Virus record (IMG/VR): IMGVR_UViG_3300017909_003475
Location: 1 to 37,666 of that record
Strand: one strand, 5' to 3'
Source of the DNA: a virus
Lineage: Duplodnaviria > Caudoviricetes
Length of the DNA: 37,666 nt
Of the stretch, positions 28,336 to 35,711 are shown piece by piece. The position numbers and the translations under genes were made by a program. The notes under the pieces are model-generated. The model saw only the letters and a list, made by a program, of their open reading frames with translations. It was not told the DNA's origin and ran no database searches. How positions within the stretch are numbered: position 1 is the stretch's first letter; every line of letters starts with the position of its first letter.

Positions 28336-28591
28336 TCTTAATCACTCGGTTGAGAGGTACTATACTCGTTACATTTTCGGGTACAAGAATCCTGTAGGAA
28401 TCTGTGTCCCAGCAAAATAGCAAAACTGTTTTATTACCTTCTTTTGCTCTATTTCTTTTCTGTCGAATATATTCTGTAGAAAAGTCTCTAGTGCAAACAT
28501 TGTATTTTAATTTTCTTGAGTTTTGACTTCTGTATGTGATAATAGCATCACCAGCTTCGTCGAGTCTCTTTTTAAGCTCTTCTTTTTGCAT
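28322..28591 (-). CDS. Conserved T5-like hypothetical protein downstream of D3
   Basis: GGAGG SD; LLFCWDTDSYR...VTSIVPL; syntenic. Confidence 0.65.
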   Translation of the reverse strand: MQKEELKKRLDEAGDAIITYRSQNSRKLKYNVCTRDFSTEYIRQKRNRAKEGNKTVLLFCWDTDSYRILVPENVTSIVPLNRVIKNDRP

Positions 28592-28662
28592 TTTTCCTCC
28601 AATTTAGTCTAACAAAAACTCTTTTGTATTGCTAAATTGCAGAGGTCACTTCTGTGAGATGC

Positions 28663-28695
28663 AAAAAACCAAGGCAGAAAGGAACTGCCTTGGTT
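28663..28695 (-). terminator. Intrinsic terminator after D3
   Basis: AACCAAGGCAG/CTGCCTTGGTT 11-bp stem (28667-28695) with U-run on -. Confidence 0.88.
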
Positions 28696-28709
28696 GAAAA
28701 ATTAAATAA

Positions 28710-29063
28710 TTAGTTGTTTAAATTTTCTACGATACTAGCAAAGTAGTTAGCTGCCTTACCAGTTAGCTTAGAAATGATTGCTTCATCAACTTCTTGACCT
28801 GCATCACCTAACACTGAAGTAAGTTTAGCTTGTGCGTCTGCAACAGAAACTCTACCACCACCAGTTGATCCACTTGAGGACTTAGCTGCTGGAGTTTTTC
28901 TTACATAAACACCTGCTTTTGTTAATATCATGCGAACCCCGTTTGGAGATTCTCCAAGTTCATCAGCGATGTCCTTAACTATCTCCATTGATGTTTCAGG
29001 TGTAGGTTCAGCTTCCTGATACATTTCAACTGCTTGTTGTTTGCTTTCATCTGTCCAAGCCAT
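28710..29063 (-). CDS. D3: T5 D3-like DNA-binding protein (frame open upstream to ATG 29183)
   Basis: MAWTDE...EPTPETSMEIVKDIA.ELGESPNGVRMILTKAGVYV.K, SKLTGKAA; AGGAG SD before ATG 29063. Confidence 0.85.
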   Translation of the reverse strand: MAWTDESKQQAVEMYQEAEPTPETSMEIVKDIADELGESPNGVRMILTKAGVYVRKTPAAKSSSGSTGGGRVSVADAQAKLTSVLGDAGQEVDEAIISKLTGKAANYFASIVENLNN

Positions 29064-29209
29064 TTTTCGTTTTCTCCTAAATTTACCAAAGGTTTGTTCA
29101 AATTGGTCAAATGAGAATGTGTTACGATAGCCAGGTGCCCAACCTACTGATTGAATCATCTCGCTGTAAAATCTATCACTCATATTGACTTCTTTCTAAA
29201 TATAATAAT

Positions 29210-29249
29210 ATTATATAAAAAGTAAAACCAATTGTCAAGAATTATTTTT
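29210..29249 (-). promoter_or_regulatory. Sigma70 promoter for D3
   Basis: On -: AAAAATAATTC-TTGACA(29238-29233)-17 bp-TATAAT(29215-29210). Confidence 0.85.
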
Positions 29250-29268
29250 CGGTAACTAATAAGACTAC

Positions 29269-29469
29269 CTAGGATGGAAAATGCTTCTTGATTGTTTCTA
29301 TCTTTTCTTCGGCTGCAGCAATTTTTTCAACTTGTGTCTCCATTGCTTCTACTACTTCTGGATGCTCTCCAATTCCTGCCGAATTTCTTGTATAGACCAG
29401 AACGTTAGCTTTTGCAACTGCAACTTCACCTTCTAATTTTTTAATTAATGCGTCTAATAAATAATTCAT
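29269..29469 (-). CDS. Small coiled-coil hypothetical protein of marine phages
   Basis: AKANV.VY..NSAGIGEHP motif; start 29469 after GAGGA, ATGA overlap with iscU. Confidence 0.65.
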   Translation of the reverse strand: MNYLLDALIKKLEGEVAVAKANVLVYTRNSAGIGEHPEVVEAMETQVEKIAAAEEKIETIKKHFPS

Positions 29470-29870
29470 GTTTTCCTCTTGGTTTCCCAATCTTCTATTG
29501 CTTTTTTAATAGCGTCCTCTGCAAGAACACTACAATGTATTTTAATTGGAGGTAAGGATAAGGCTTCAGCTATATCTTTATCTTTTATTTCTTTAGCTTC
29601 ATCTATTGTTAAGCCTTGCAACATATCAACAAACATGGAAGAAGATGCAATCGCACTTCCACATCCATAAGTTTTAAACTTAACACCCATGATTCTGTTA
29701 TTGCCTGGGTCTATTCTTAGTTGTAGTTTCATTACATCCCCACAAGCTGGAGCACCAGTCATTCCTGTTGCTACTGTAGGGTCTTTTGGGTCGAATCTTC
29801 CCACTGAGAATTGTTGAGGAGAGTTAAGTACTCCTTCGAATCTATCTACTACTTCTTTACTGTATGCCAT
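29466..29870 (-). CDS. iscU: Fe-S cluster scaffold IscU
   Basis: MAYS start, GAPACGDVMKLQL, FKTYGCGSAIASSS, LPPIKIHCSVLAEDAIK; all three Cys present. Confidence 0.95.
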   Translation of the reverse strand: MAYSKEVVDRFEGVLNSPQQFSVGRFDPKDPTVATGMTGAPACGDVMKLQLRIDPGNNRIMGVKFKTYGCGSAIASSSMFVDMLQGLTIDEAKEIKDKDIAEALSLPPIKIHCSVLAEDAIKKAIEDWETKRKT

Positions 29871-30123
29871 TATTTTTAATTCCTAAAGCACCTTTAACAA
29901 ATCCTGATGTAAAATTTTCTAATTTGCTTGGTACAATTAGTGCTAGAGCATATATTGGTAAAGTTAATGTAAAAATAAATATACAAACTATACTTGCTAT
30001 AATTGGTCTAGTTACTAATATATTGTCTGGTGCTACCTTTGCTATCAATTTGTAGGCAGGTATCCATATTTTCCACATGGCTAATATTACTCCTGCTATC
30101 CAAAATGCTAAAACATATTCCAT
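29857..30123 (-). CDS. Two-TM membrane protein
   Basis: Two hydrophobic segments; TAATG coupled. Confidence 0.6.
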   Translation of the reverse strand: MEYVLAFWIAGVILAMWKIWIPAYKLIAKVAPDNILVTRPIIASIVCIFIFTLTLPIYALALIVPSKLENFTSGFVKGALGIKNNGIQ

Positions 30124-30782
30124 TATAAATACTCATTTAAGTGTTTTAAACTTCCTAAATCATGTGCAAGACGACTTGCGCCTTTTCCTGCATTAGTGAT
30201 TGTTCCGAAGTATGGCGATTCACACTCTGCCATTTCGATTTCATGAACATAGTACATTTTACTTCCGTACTTTTGTTCATAGTTTGTTTGATGGTTGCCT
30301 AGTTCTCTTTTTACTACTGCAATACAGTTTCCTTTTATTGACCAAACTCTTTCTCCTTCATCAAAAGTTTCTGCTACACATTGTTCTGGTAGCATAGCTA
30401 GTCTAATGCCTTCATAGTCTGTTGTTGCCAACTTTTGTGGAATACCTAATCGTTCTATAACTGCTTTTATAAAAGCTGGTGAACGATATAATGCTTTTGC
30501 AATATCAGAAATATTCTGACCATCTAGGTAGTAGGTTACTATGCTTTTCTTTTCAGCTTCTGTAACTCCCTTTCCTTTGTTCTGTGCTTTTCTTAACTCA
30601 CGATATCTTACTGTTTCTTCGTATTCTTCTATAAGTTTATTTAATCGTGTAGTATTATAACTAATATTCAGTATGCTACATGCTTCTTTCTTTGTTATTG
30701 GTTTATCTGCTCTAAGCAGGTCAATTACATGCTGAAGATTAGAATCTGTTAAATTTTCGTGTTTTTTACTTCTTACTGCCAA
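30123..30782 (-). CDS. Double-HTH DNA-binding protein
   Basis: ITKKEACSILNISYNTTRL and ISDIAKALYRSPAFIKAVIERLGI helix-turn-helix patterns. Confidence 0.65.
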   Translation of the reverse strand: MAVRSKKHENLTDSNLQHVIDLLRADKPITKKEACSILNISYNTTRLNKLIEEYEETVRYRELRKAQNKGKGVTEAEKKSIVTYYLDGQNISDIAKALYRSPAFIKAVIERLGIPQKLATTDYEGIRLAMLPEQCVAETFDEGERVWSIKGNCIAVVKRELGNHQTNYEQKYGSKMYYVHEIEMAECESPYFGTITNAGKGASRLAHDLGSLKHLNEYL

Positions 30783-31041
30783 TGTCGTTTCCTAATAAAA
30801 TTATTGCGTAGTGTATGATTTTTAATAAATCATCTTGGTTTCTACCTTGTTTTTTGCCATATCTTTGTGCATATTTGATGATGTTTCCAATACAGAAACC
30901 TTCTCCATGTTCTGCATCAAATATAAATTCTGTTGATTGTATTTTATTCATGCTGTAATGAGCATCATAGGTTTTTAAAATATGATTATTTACCATATTT
31001 ATTACTTTATCTTCATTAAATTTGTATTTTGTTTTGCTCAT
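30766..31041 (-). CDS. DUF3310-like protein (T7 gp1.7-related, putative nucleotide metabolism)
   Basis: HY...IQ...GFCIGNIIKYAQRYGKK.G...DLLKIIHY. Confidence 0.75.
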   Translation of the reverse strand: MSKTKYKFNEDKVINMVNNHILKTYDAHYSMNKIQSTEFIFDAEHGEGFCIGNIIKYAQRYGKKQGRNQDDLLKIIHYAIILLGNDIGSKK

Positions 31042-31634
31042 TTTGCTGTAATCCTTTTCTCATAATCAGCATAATCTTCATTCCACCAATGAGGTTTATC
31101 ACGGTGTGACCATGCTGCAAATGTTGCTTTGTCCAAGTGGTAATAATCACGATAACTTTGTATCGGATTGTCATAGTCTTTTAGTTCATCTGGCATTGCC
31201 AGTCCAAAAGTGGTGAATCCTTTTCTTGGCATGTTTACTGGGTCTGGTAGTTTGTTTACTACTTCCATAACTGACTTGTGTAGTTTGCCATATCGATAGT
31301 GGTACTCGTCATTCAATGCATTTGCATAACAATGTACCCATTCGTGATTATCCAATGACTCCCTTGCCCAGATTGTGCAGGGATGATTGTACATCATTGG
31401 AAGGTAGGGGATGGGTCGTTCCTCTAGAGGTAAGTGTTTAATTTGTGCTTTCTCTTTGTTTAGAACCTCTCGCTCTTCTGCATTGAGTGCTCGAGGAACA
31501 AATCCCAAAAGTTTATCTATCCAAATAGATGTGCAAAGTATTTGAGCAGCTTCTAGTGGCATCTTAACAATATGCTTGTCAACATGATACTGTGCTGCTT
31601 TGTCTAAGTCCTCGTCAAGATAAAATAAGTTCAT
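31038..31634 (-). CDS. Pyrimidine-dimer DNA glycosylase (DenV-related) family protein
   Basis: MNLFYLD...HVDKHIVKMPLEAAQIL, NHPCTIWARES, YRYGKLH, AMPD...YRDYY. Confidence 0.75.
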   Translation of the reverse strand: MNLFYLDEDLDKAAQYHVDKHIVKMPLEAAQILCTSIWIDKLLGFVPRALNAEEREVLNKEKAQIKHLPLEERPIPYLPMMYNHPCTIWARESLDNHEWVHCYANALNDEYHYRYGKLHKSVMEVVNKLPDPVNMPRKGFTTFGLAMPDELKDYDNPIQSYRDYYHLDKATFAAWSHRDKPHWWNEDYADYEKRITAK

Positions 31635-31763
31635 CTATCTCTCCCAGCACTTATAGCCTTTACAATCCTTCATCTTCGTACCAAATGATTTACAGTACGG
31701 ACAAGGTTTATCTTCTTCAAAAGGCTTTGGTGTAATTTTCTTTAGTTCCTTGAATTTTTTCAT
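31635..31763 (-). CDS. Small 4-Cys basic protein (42 aa), leaderless, not in the ORF track
   Basis: MKKFKELKKITPKPFEEDKPCPYCKSFGTKMKDCKGYKCWER*; its stop abuts the next ATG. Confidence 0.65.
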   Translation of the reverse strand: MKKFKELKKITPKPFEEDKPCPYCKSFGTKMKDCKGYKCWER

Positions 31764-31770
31764 AACCTAT

Positions 31771-31811
31771 ATTATACTAAATCTACAAGGATATGTCAAG
31801 AACTATTTTTT
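31771..31811 (-). promoter_or_regulatory. Sigma70 promoter, near-leaderless
   Basis: On -: AAAAAATAGTTC-TTGACA(31799-31794)-17 bp-TATAAT(31776-31771)-ATAGGTT-ATG. Confidence 0.88.
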
Positions 31812-31812
31812 A

Positions 31813-32187
31813 TTACTTACCACCAAATGCTTTGCCTGCCTCGCTAATACCAAACGCACCAAGCGTTACTACAACGAATGATGTGTAAATGGTATCTGAA
31901 ATTACCAAGTCCTGTCCCATAAATGCAGTGACTAAGTCGCAGATACCAAAGACAGTCATTAGACCAAAAGAAATAAATCCAATTATTGATTTTTCATTTA
32001 TGTCATTATCGTCTAAAAATAAATCCACAAACTTTCTTTTAGGTGGTTCTAATTGATTCTTTGCTGCTTTTGCCTCATCTTTTAAGGCTTTAATAGTATC
32101 TTCTGCATCATCTAGTTTATCGACTAGACGCATGTATTTATCAAGGTCTATTTGAACTTCATTACGGCTGTCAACTGTTTCTGCCAT
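31813..32187 (-). CDS. Membrane protein, N-terminal coiled coil + two C-terminal TMs (holin candidate)
   Basis: INEKSIIGFISF...FVVVTLGAFGISEAGK; lies downstream of the lysis genes. Confidence 0.5.
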   Translation of the reverse strand: MAETVDSRNEVQIDLDKYMRLVDKLDDAEDTIKALKDEAKAAKNQLEPPKRKFVDLFLDDNDINEKSIIGFISFGLMTVFGICDLVTAFMGQDLVISDTIYTSFVVVTLGAFGISEAGKAFGGK

Positions 32188-32366
32188 TATTTATCCTTTG
32201 CTTTACCGACATTAAGGGCAAACCAGTCTAGTACTTTATATAACTTCTTTACCCAACCATCATCAATTGGTGTTGGTGTGAGTGCTGCGATAAGTGAACA
32301 TACCATCACAATAGTTGGTACGACAGCTATCCATGCTTGAAGCCATTGAAAGAAACCTAATAACAT
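32187..32366 (-). CDS. Small membrane protein with TPTPxDD motif (holin candidate), not in the ORF track
   Basis: MLLGFFQWLQAWIAVVPTIVMVCSLIAALTPTPIDDGWVKKLYKVLDWFALNVGKAKDK*; AGGAG SD, TAATG coupling. Confidence 0.65.
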   Translation of the reverse strand: MLLGFFQWLQAWIAVVPTIVMVCSLIAALTPTPIDDGWVKKLYKVLDWFALNVGKAKDK

Positions 32367-32402
32367 TCGTTCTCTCCTACTCTCTCGAGCCTTTCCTAAA
32401 AA

Positions 32403-32630
32403 TTAGGAATTATATGCTTGTATTGTTGAAAGGCGAAGATCTTCCCACCTCTCTTCATCTAAGCGATAAACCAGAATTGCATCAGATGATGACTGGTTTA
32501 TTCTTACAGGGGTTAGATTCTCCTGTAATGTACAAGGAATATTATAATTATTCCCCGATTTTAAACTCGTGAATGATATTTCCACTACTCCTTCTTGTAG
32601 TGCTTTCTTTAATTTGTCAAAGTTTATCAT
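32403..32630 (-). CDS. SH3/WYL-like beta-barrel small protein (DUF2693-like)
   Basis: LQEGVVEISF..SG...CTL...VY.LD..RW..LRL; start moved to ATG 32630. Confidence 0.6.
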   Translation of the reverse strand: MINFDKLKKALQEGVVEISFTSLKSGNNYNIPCTLQENLTPVRINQSSSDAILVYRLDEERWEDLRLSTIQAYNS

Positions 32631-32791
32631 ACTAGATAATCTTTTCTTTCTCTTTTTGCTGTGTGTAATTTTCCTGAAACGGAATGATATGGTTGTGTGA
32701 TTCCCTTTGTTCCCTCTGTTCCCCATACCAGTAAACTAAATATACAAATAATACTTGGTACTACTAACGCCAATAATATTACGCCATCCAT
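32627..32791 (-). CDS. Small single-TM protein (54 aa), not in the ORF track
   Basis: MDGVILLALVVPSIICIFSLLVWG...; AGGAG SD; ATGA overlap. Confidence 0.6.
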   Translation of the reverse strand: MDGVILLALVVPSIICIFSLLVWGTEGTKGITQPYHSVSGKLHTAKRERKDYLV

Positions 32792-32808
32792 TTTGTTTAC
32801 TCCTAAAG

Positions 32809-33231
32809 CTAATTATAATTTGTTGCTTTACCTTCTTGTAATACTAGGTCTACTGCATGAGCCCAGTTGATGTCATCTACAAATATACACTGTACTGCGT
32901 CATATTTAAGATTCTTCAAAGCTGTAAGCCTTTGGTTACCTGCATAACAAATGAAAGGTATTTTTTCATCTCTTTCTTGAACTAAATCTTTACCTATTCT
33001 ATGAGCACACATATCATAATTATGTTGTGTATTACTAAGAAGTAGTAAAGGTGTTTTTAATCCTGTTTCTGTTGGGTTATACTCTAATGGTATATCCTTT
33101 TCAAGCATAAATATCTTATCAAGTGGCACCATCGATGTGGCGTATTCTGATGTTTCTAATCTATCATTAGTAAATAAATATGCTTGTACTTTTTCTACTG
33201 GGGACTCAATTGTCCTCATTGTGGTACTCAA
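32809..33231 (-). CDS. ParB/Srx-like domain protein
   Basis: GLKTPLLL...YAGNQRLTALKNL.Y..V.C pattern. Confidence 0.55.
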   Translation of the reverse strand: MSTTMRTIESPVEKVQAYLFTNDRLETSEYATSMVPLDKIFMLEKDIPLEYNPTETGLKTPLLLLSNTQHNYDMCAHRIGKDLVQERDEKIPFICYAGNQRLTALKNLKYDAVQCIFVDDINWAHAVDLVLQEGKATNYN

Positions 33232-33478
33232 TACCTAATTTCTCCTCTATATCTTTAAATCTTTGTGTAATAACTTCCCAACTATCAAACTCACATAAGT
33301 CTTTAGCTGGGTGCGAATCTTCCTCTAGTGCTATTACTCTATCCTCTAGTTCCTCTAACCATTCTTCATTTTCTTCAAAACGACCTTGAACTACAGGATT
33401 TTTCTCAAAGAACTTTGAGCCTTTCATCATGGCTCTGTAGTCTAACATCATGTTAAACCACACTTTTATTTTGTTCAT
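33206..33478 (-). CDS. Hypothetical coiled-coil protein
   Basis: 90 aa, ATGA overlap with the o-spanin gene. Confidence 0.55.
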   Translation of the reverse strand: MNKIKVWFNMMLDYRAMMKGSKFFEKNPVVQGRFEENEEWLEELEDRVIALEEDSHPAKDLCEFDSWEVITQRFKDIEEKLGIEYHNEDN

Positions 33479-33867
33479 TGTTTTACTACTATCCCTGTAT
33501 CATTAACAACCTGTGTATCAGGTGTTGTAACTCTGCGATAATATACTACAACTTCTTTTAAGTCTTTGATGTACCTTTTTATCTCTTGCATATTGTATGC
33601 CATGAGTTCATAATCTGGTACTGACATAGCAAAAAACACAAGTTGTCCTTGGTCTTTTTCTACTCTTGCTATAAATTCATCAATGTTCTTCTCAGAAACG
33701 ACATACCAATAAGGTTCTTTTAAGTCTAACTCTCTGGGTAGAACTGGTTGTGCTATCTGCCTTTCTATAGGCTTAGCACTAACTTCTAACATTTTAGTTG
33801 GTAGGAGACTGCATGATGAGGCTATCATCAGCGGCGTCAATATCCCTACTATCTTTTTCAATTCCAT
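33475..33867 (-). CDS. Outer-membrane lipoprotein spanin (o-spanin, Rz1-like)
   Basis: Signal KKIVGILTPLMIASS-C lipobox, Pro-rich segment, overlaps the i-spanin 3' end; start ATG 33867 after GAGG. Confidence 0.75.
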   Translation of the reverse strand: MELKKIVGILTPLMIASSCSLLPTKMLEVSAKPIERQIAQPVLPRELDLKEPYWYVVSEKNIDEFIARVEKDQGQLVFFAMSVPDYELMAYNMQEIKRYIKDLKEVVVYYRRVTTPDTQVVNDTGIVVKQ

Positions 33868-34189
33868 CAAATACCTCTTTTGTTGCTTTATTTGCTCTTG
33901 GTTCAATTAGCCCAGGCTTTGCTGCAGCTAACTTAGTTAAATTGTGTCTTTTAAATATGTCAAGATAACGATTCATTTCTTTTTGTGCTTCTTGACTTTT
34001 CAGTGTTAGTTCATTTAATTGAGAAGTTTGTAATGCAAAATCATTTTGCAAGGTGCTGATTGCTTCTTCTTGCATTTGAACAGCACCTTCCAATTTTATA
34101 TTGTTAGCTTTCAGTGTCTGGTTCTCATTCCATAGATACCAACTGCCTAGTCCTAATACTAAAATGATTGCCATAAAAAACTGATTCAT
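33794..34189 (-). CDS. Inner-membrane spanin (i-spanin, Rz-like)
   Basis: N-terminal TM, long coiled coil, LAAAKPGLIE motif. Confidence 0.75.
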   Translation of the reverse strand: MNQFFMAIILVLGLGSWYLWNENQTLKANNIKLEGAVQMQEEAISTLQNDFALQTSQLNELTLKSQEAQKEMNRYLDIFKRHNLTKLAAAKPGLIEPRANKATKEVFDGIEKDSRDIDAADDSLIMQSPTN

Positions 34190-34190
34190 A

Positions 34191-34403
34191 CTAACCTCTT
34201 ATTTCTCCTTCTAACACTTCAGGAATACTTAATTCTACTTGTCCTGAAGGTAGGCAGACACTTACTACTTTTGCCCCTGCGGCTACTAATTTTGTGTCTA
34301 ATTCTTGTTGCACTTTTGTGCAGTGTTCTATTGTGTCAAAAGCTCCAAAGTCTTCAGCGACTAAGTCACCTTGCCACATAATTAATGCTAAGATTGTATA
34401 CAT
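34191..34403 (-). CDS. Small secreted/membrane protein with two Cys
   Basis: Hydrophobic N-terminus, F.T.E.C...V.VC pattern. Confidence 0.55.
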   Translation of the reverse strand: MYTILALIMWQGDLVAEDFGAFDTIEHCTKVQQELDTKLVAAGAKVVSVCLPSGQVELSIPEVLEGEIRG

Positions 34404-34627
34404 TAAATCTCCTCTATTTTATAGTTTAATCCTTCTGCCCCTCGTATCTCAACTTTTTCTTTATCATGAGTGAGGAAGGACAGGTATTTATCTTGTTTTT
34501 TGAAAAACTTGCGAACTATATAAGTTGTATCATCAGCGTCACCATATGTGTGATTATAACTAACAGTTAACTTATATCTTGTTGAGAAATAACTCAGTAT
34601 TTTTAACCAAAGTTTTTTCACTTCCAA
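34403..34627 (-). CDS. Hypothetical protein
   Basis: 74 aa, coupled to the endolysin and to the next gene. Confidence 0.55.
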   Translation of the reverse strand: MEVKKLWLKILSYFSTRYKLTVSYNHTYGDADDTTYIVRKFFKKQDKYLSFLTHDKEKVEIRGAEGLNYKIEEI

Positions 34628-35055
34628 TCCTTTCCACTAAACAAGTTTGCCTCTGCTTCTCTACGGCGAATAAGTCCTTCTAAGACCTTTCCACCAGCTT
34701 TGTTCCATCTTTTCATTTGTGCTGGAACTTCTTCGTAATTACCTGAGTTTAGCACTTTTAACATGGTAGAAGCGTTTAGGTTTCCATTACCTAAATTGAA
34801 TGTCCAACTGACTAGAGCGTCAAATTGGTCTTGATTTAGTTCTACTTTGACAGCTTTGTGAACATATTCTTCATACTCTACTACTTCTCCTTCGAGTAAT
34901 TCATCAGCATAAGACTGACTTATCTCCATACCTTCTTCTGCTGTTTTGATATGACCATATCCAATAGTCCATACTCCTGCTGGGCATTTGTATGCTTTTA
35001 ATTCACACCCTTCAAAGTGTTTAATTAGTTCTAATCCATTTTCTGATATGTTCAT
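34618..35055 (-). CDS. Endolysin, GH24 lysozyme
   Basis: FEGCELKAYKCPAGVWTIGYG (E-8-C-5-T), QFDALVSWTFNLG, GLIRRREAE; start ATG 35055 after GGAGA. Confidence 0.93.
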   Translation of the reverse strand: MNISENGLELIKHFEGCELKAYKCPAGVWTIGYGHIKTAEEGMEISQSYADELLEGEVVEYEEYVHKAVKVELNQDQFDALVSWTFNLGNGNLNASTMLKVLNSGNYEEVPAQMKRWNKAGGKVLEGLIRRREAEANLFSGKDWK

Positions 35056-35069
35056 ATTATCTCCATACT

Positions 35070-35091
35070 TGGGGGAGCAAACACTCCCCCA
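35070..35091 (-). promoter_or_regulatory. GC-rich hairpin just upstream of the endolysin SD (no U-tract)
   Basis: On -: TGGGGGAG-TGTTTG-CTCCCCCA then AGTAT-GGAGA-TAAT-ATG. Confidence 0.6.
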
Positions 35092-35104
35092 TATCGTTGA
35101 CAGT

Positions 35105-35236
35105 CTACGCAAGATAGGATAGATTTAATACTATCACACTAGCACCAAAACTCATAAGAGTGATTTGGCTTACAGTCTGACAGAACTCTCCGTTCTCACA
35201 TATTGTATCACGAACTTTTAAAGCGATTGCTTTCAT
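35105..35236 (-). CDS. Small membrane peptide (43 aa), not in the ORF track
   Basis: MKAIALKVRDTICENGEFCQTVSQITLMSFGASVIVLNLSYLA*; GGAGA SD inside the hsp20 3' end. Confidence 0.6.
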   Translation of the reverse strand: MKAIALKVRDTICENGEFCQTVSQITLMSFGASVIVLNLSYLA

Positions 35237-35237
35237 A

Positions 35238-35618
35238 TTAATTTATCTCCAAGATTTTCCTCTTAGAATCTGGAGTTCGTGATAAGTTGATTGTCAGTAA
35301 TCCGTCTTGTAGATTTACTTTATCTACTTGTAGGTCGGCATTTAGAATAAATCTTCGTTCAAAAGACTTTAGACTAAGACCTTGATGAACAAAACGCTCA
35401 TCATCACCTAGTTTGTGTTCTTTTTTACCCTTGATTTGGAGTTCTTTGTTATCAAAGACTATCTCCAACTCCTCTTTCTTCCAACCTGGCACTGCGATTT
35501 CTATTCGATAATCTCCTGCCCTTTCGATTAGGTTGTATCTCGGATAGCTACTTTCCGTATAACTCGGTAAAGAAGGCGTATCCAATCCAAGCCAAAATTT
35601 ACTTAAATCTATACTCAT
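35238..35618 (-). CDS. Small heat shock protein Hsp20 (IbpA-like)
   Basis: SYPRYNL, IEIAVPGW, HQGLS..SFERRF.L, DGLLTI.L. Confidence 0.93.
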   Translation of the reverse strand: MSIDLSKFWLGLDTPSLPSYTESSYPRYNLIERAGDYRIEIAVPGWKKEELEIVFDNKELQIKGKKEHKLGDDERFVHQGLSLKSFERRFILNADLQVDKVNLQDGLLTINLSRTPDSKRKILEIN

Positions 35619-35705
35619 TTTTTATCTCCATAATTCCTTTTTCAGTAAATACTCGCACCTCCTTTCGGTAGATGCACCAATACGCAAGTGAAACCTATCA
35701 CTTAC
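35619..35705 (-). promoter_or_regulatory. Structured 5' UTR of hsp20 (two hairpins)
   Basis: On -: GTAAGTGA-taggtt-TCACTTGC (35705-35684) and GCATCT-a-CC-GAAA-GG-AGGTGC (35675-35655). Confidence 0.6.
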
Positions 35706-35711
35706 AAAATA

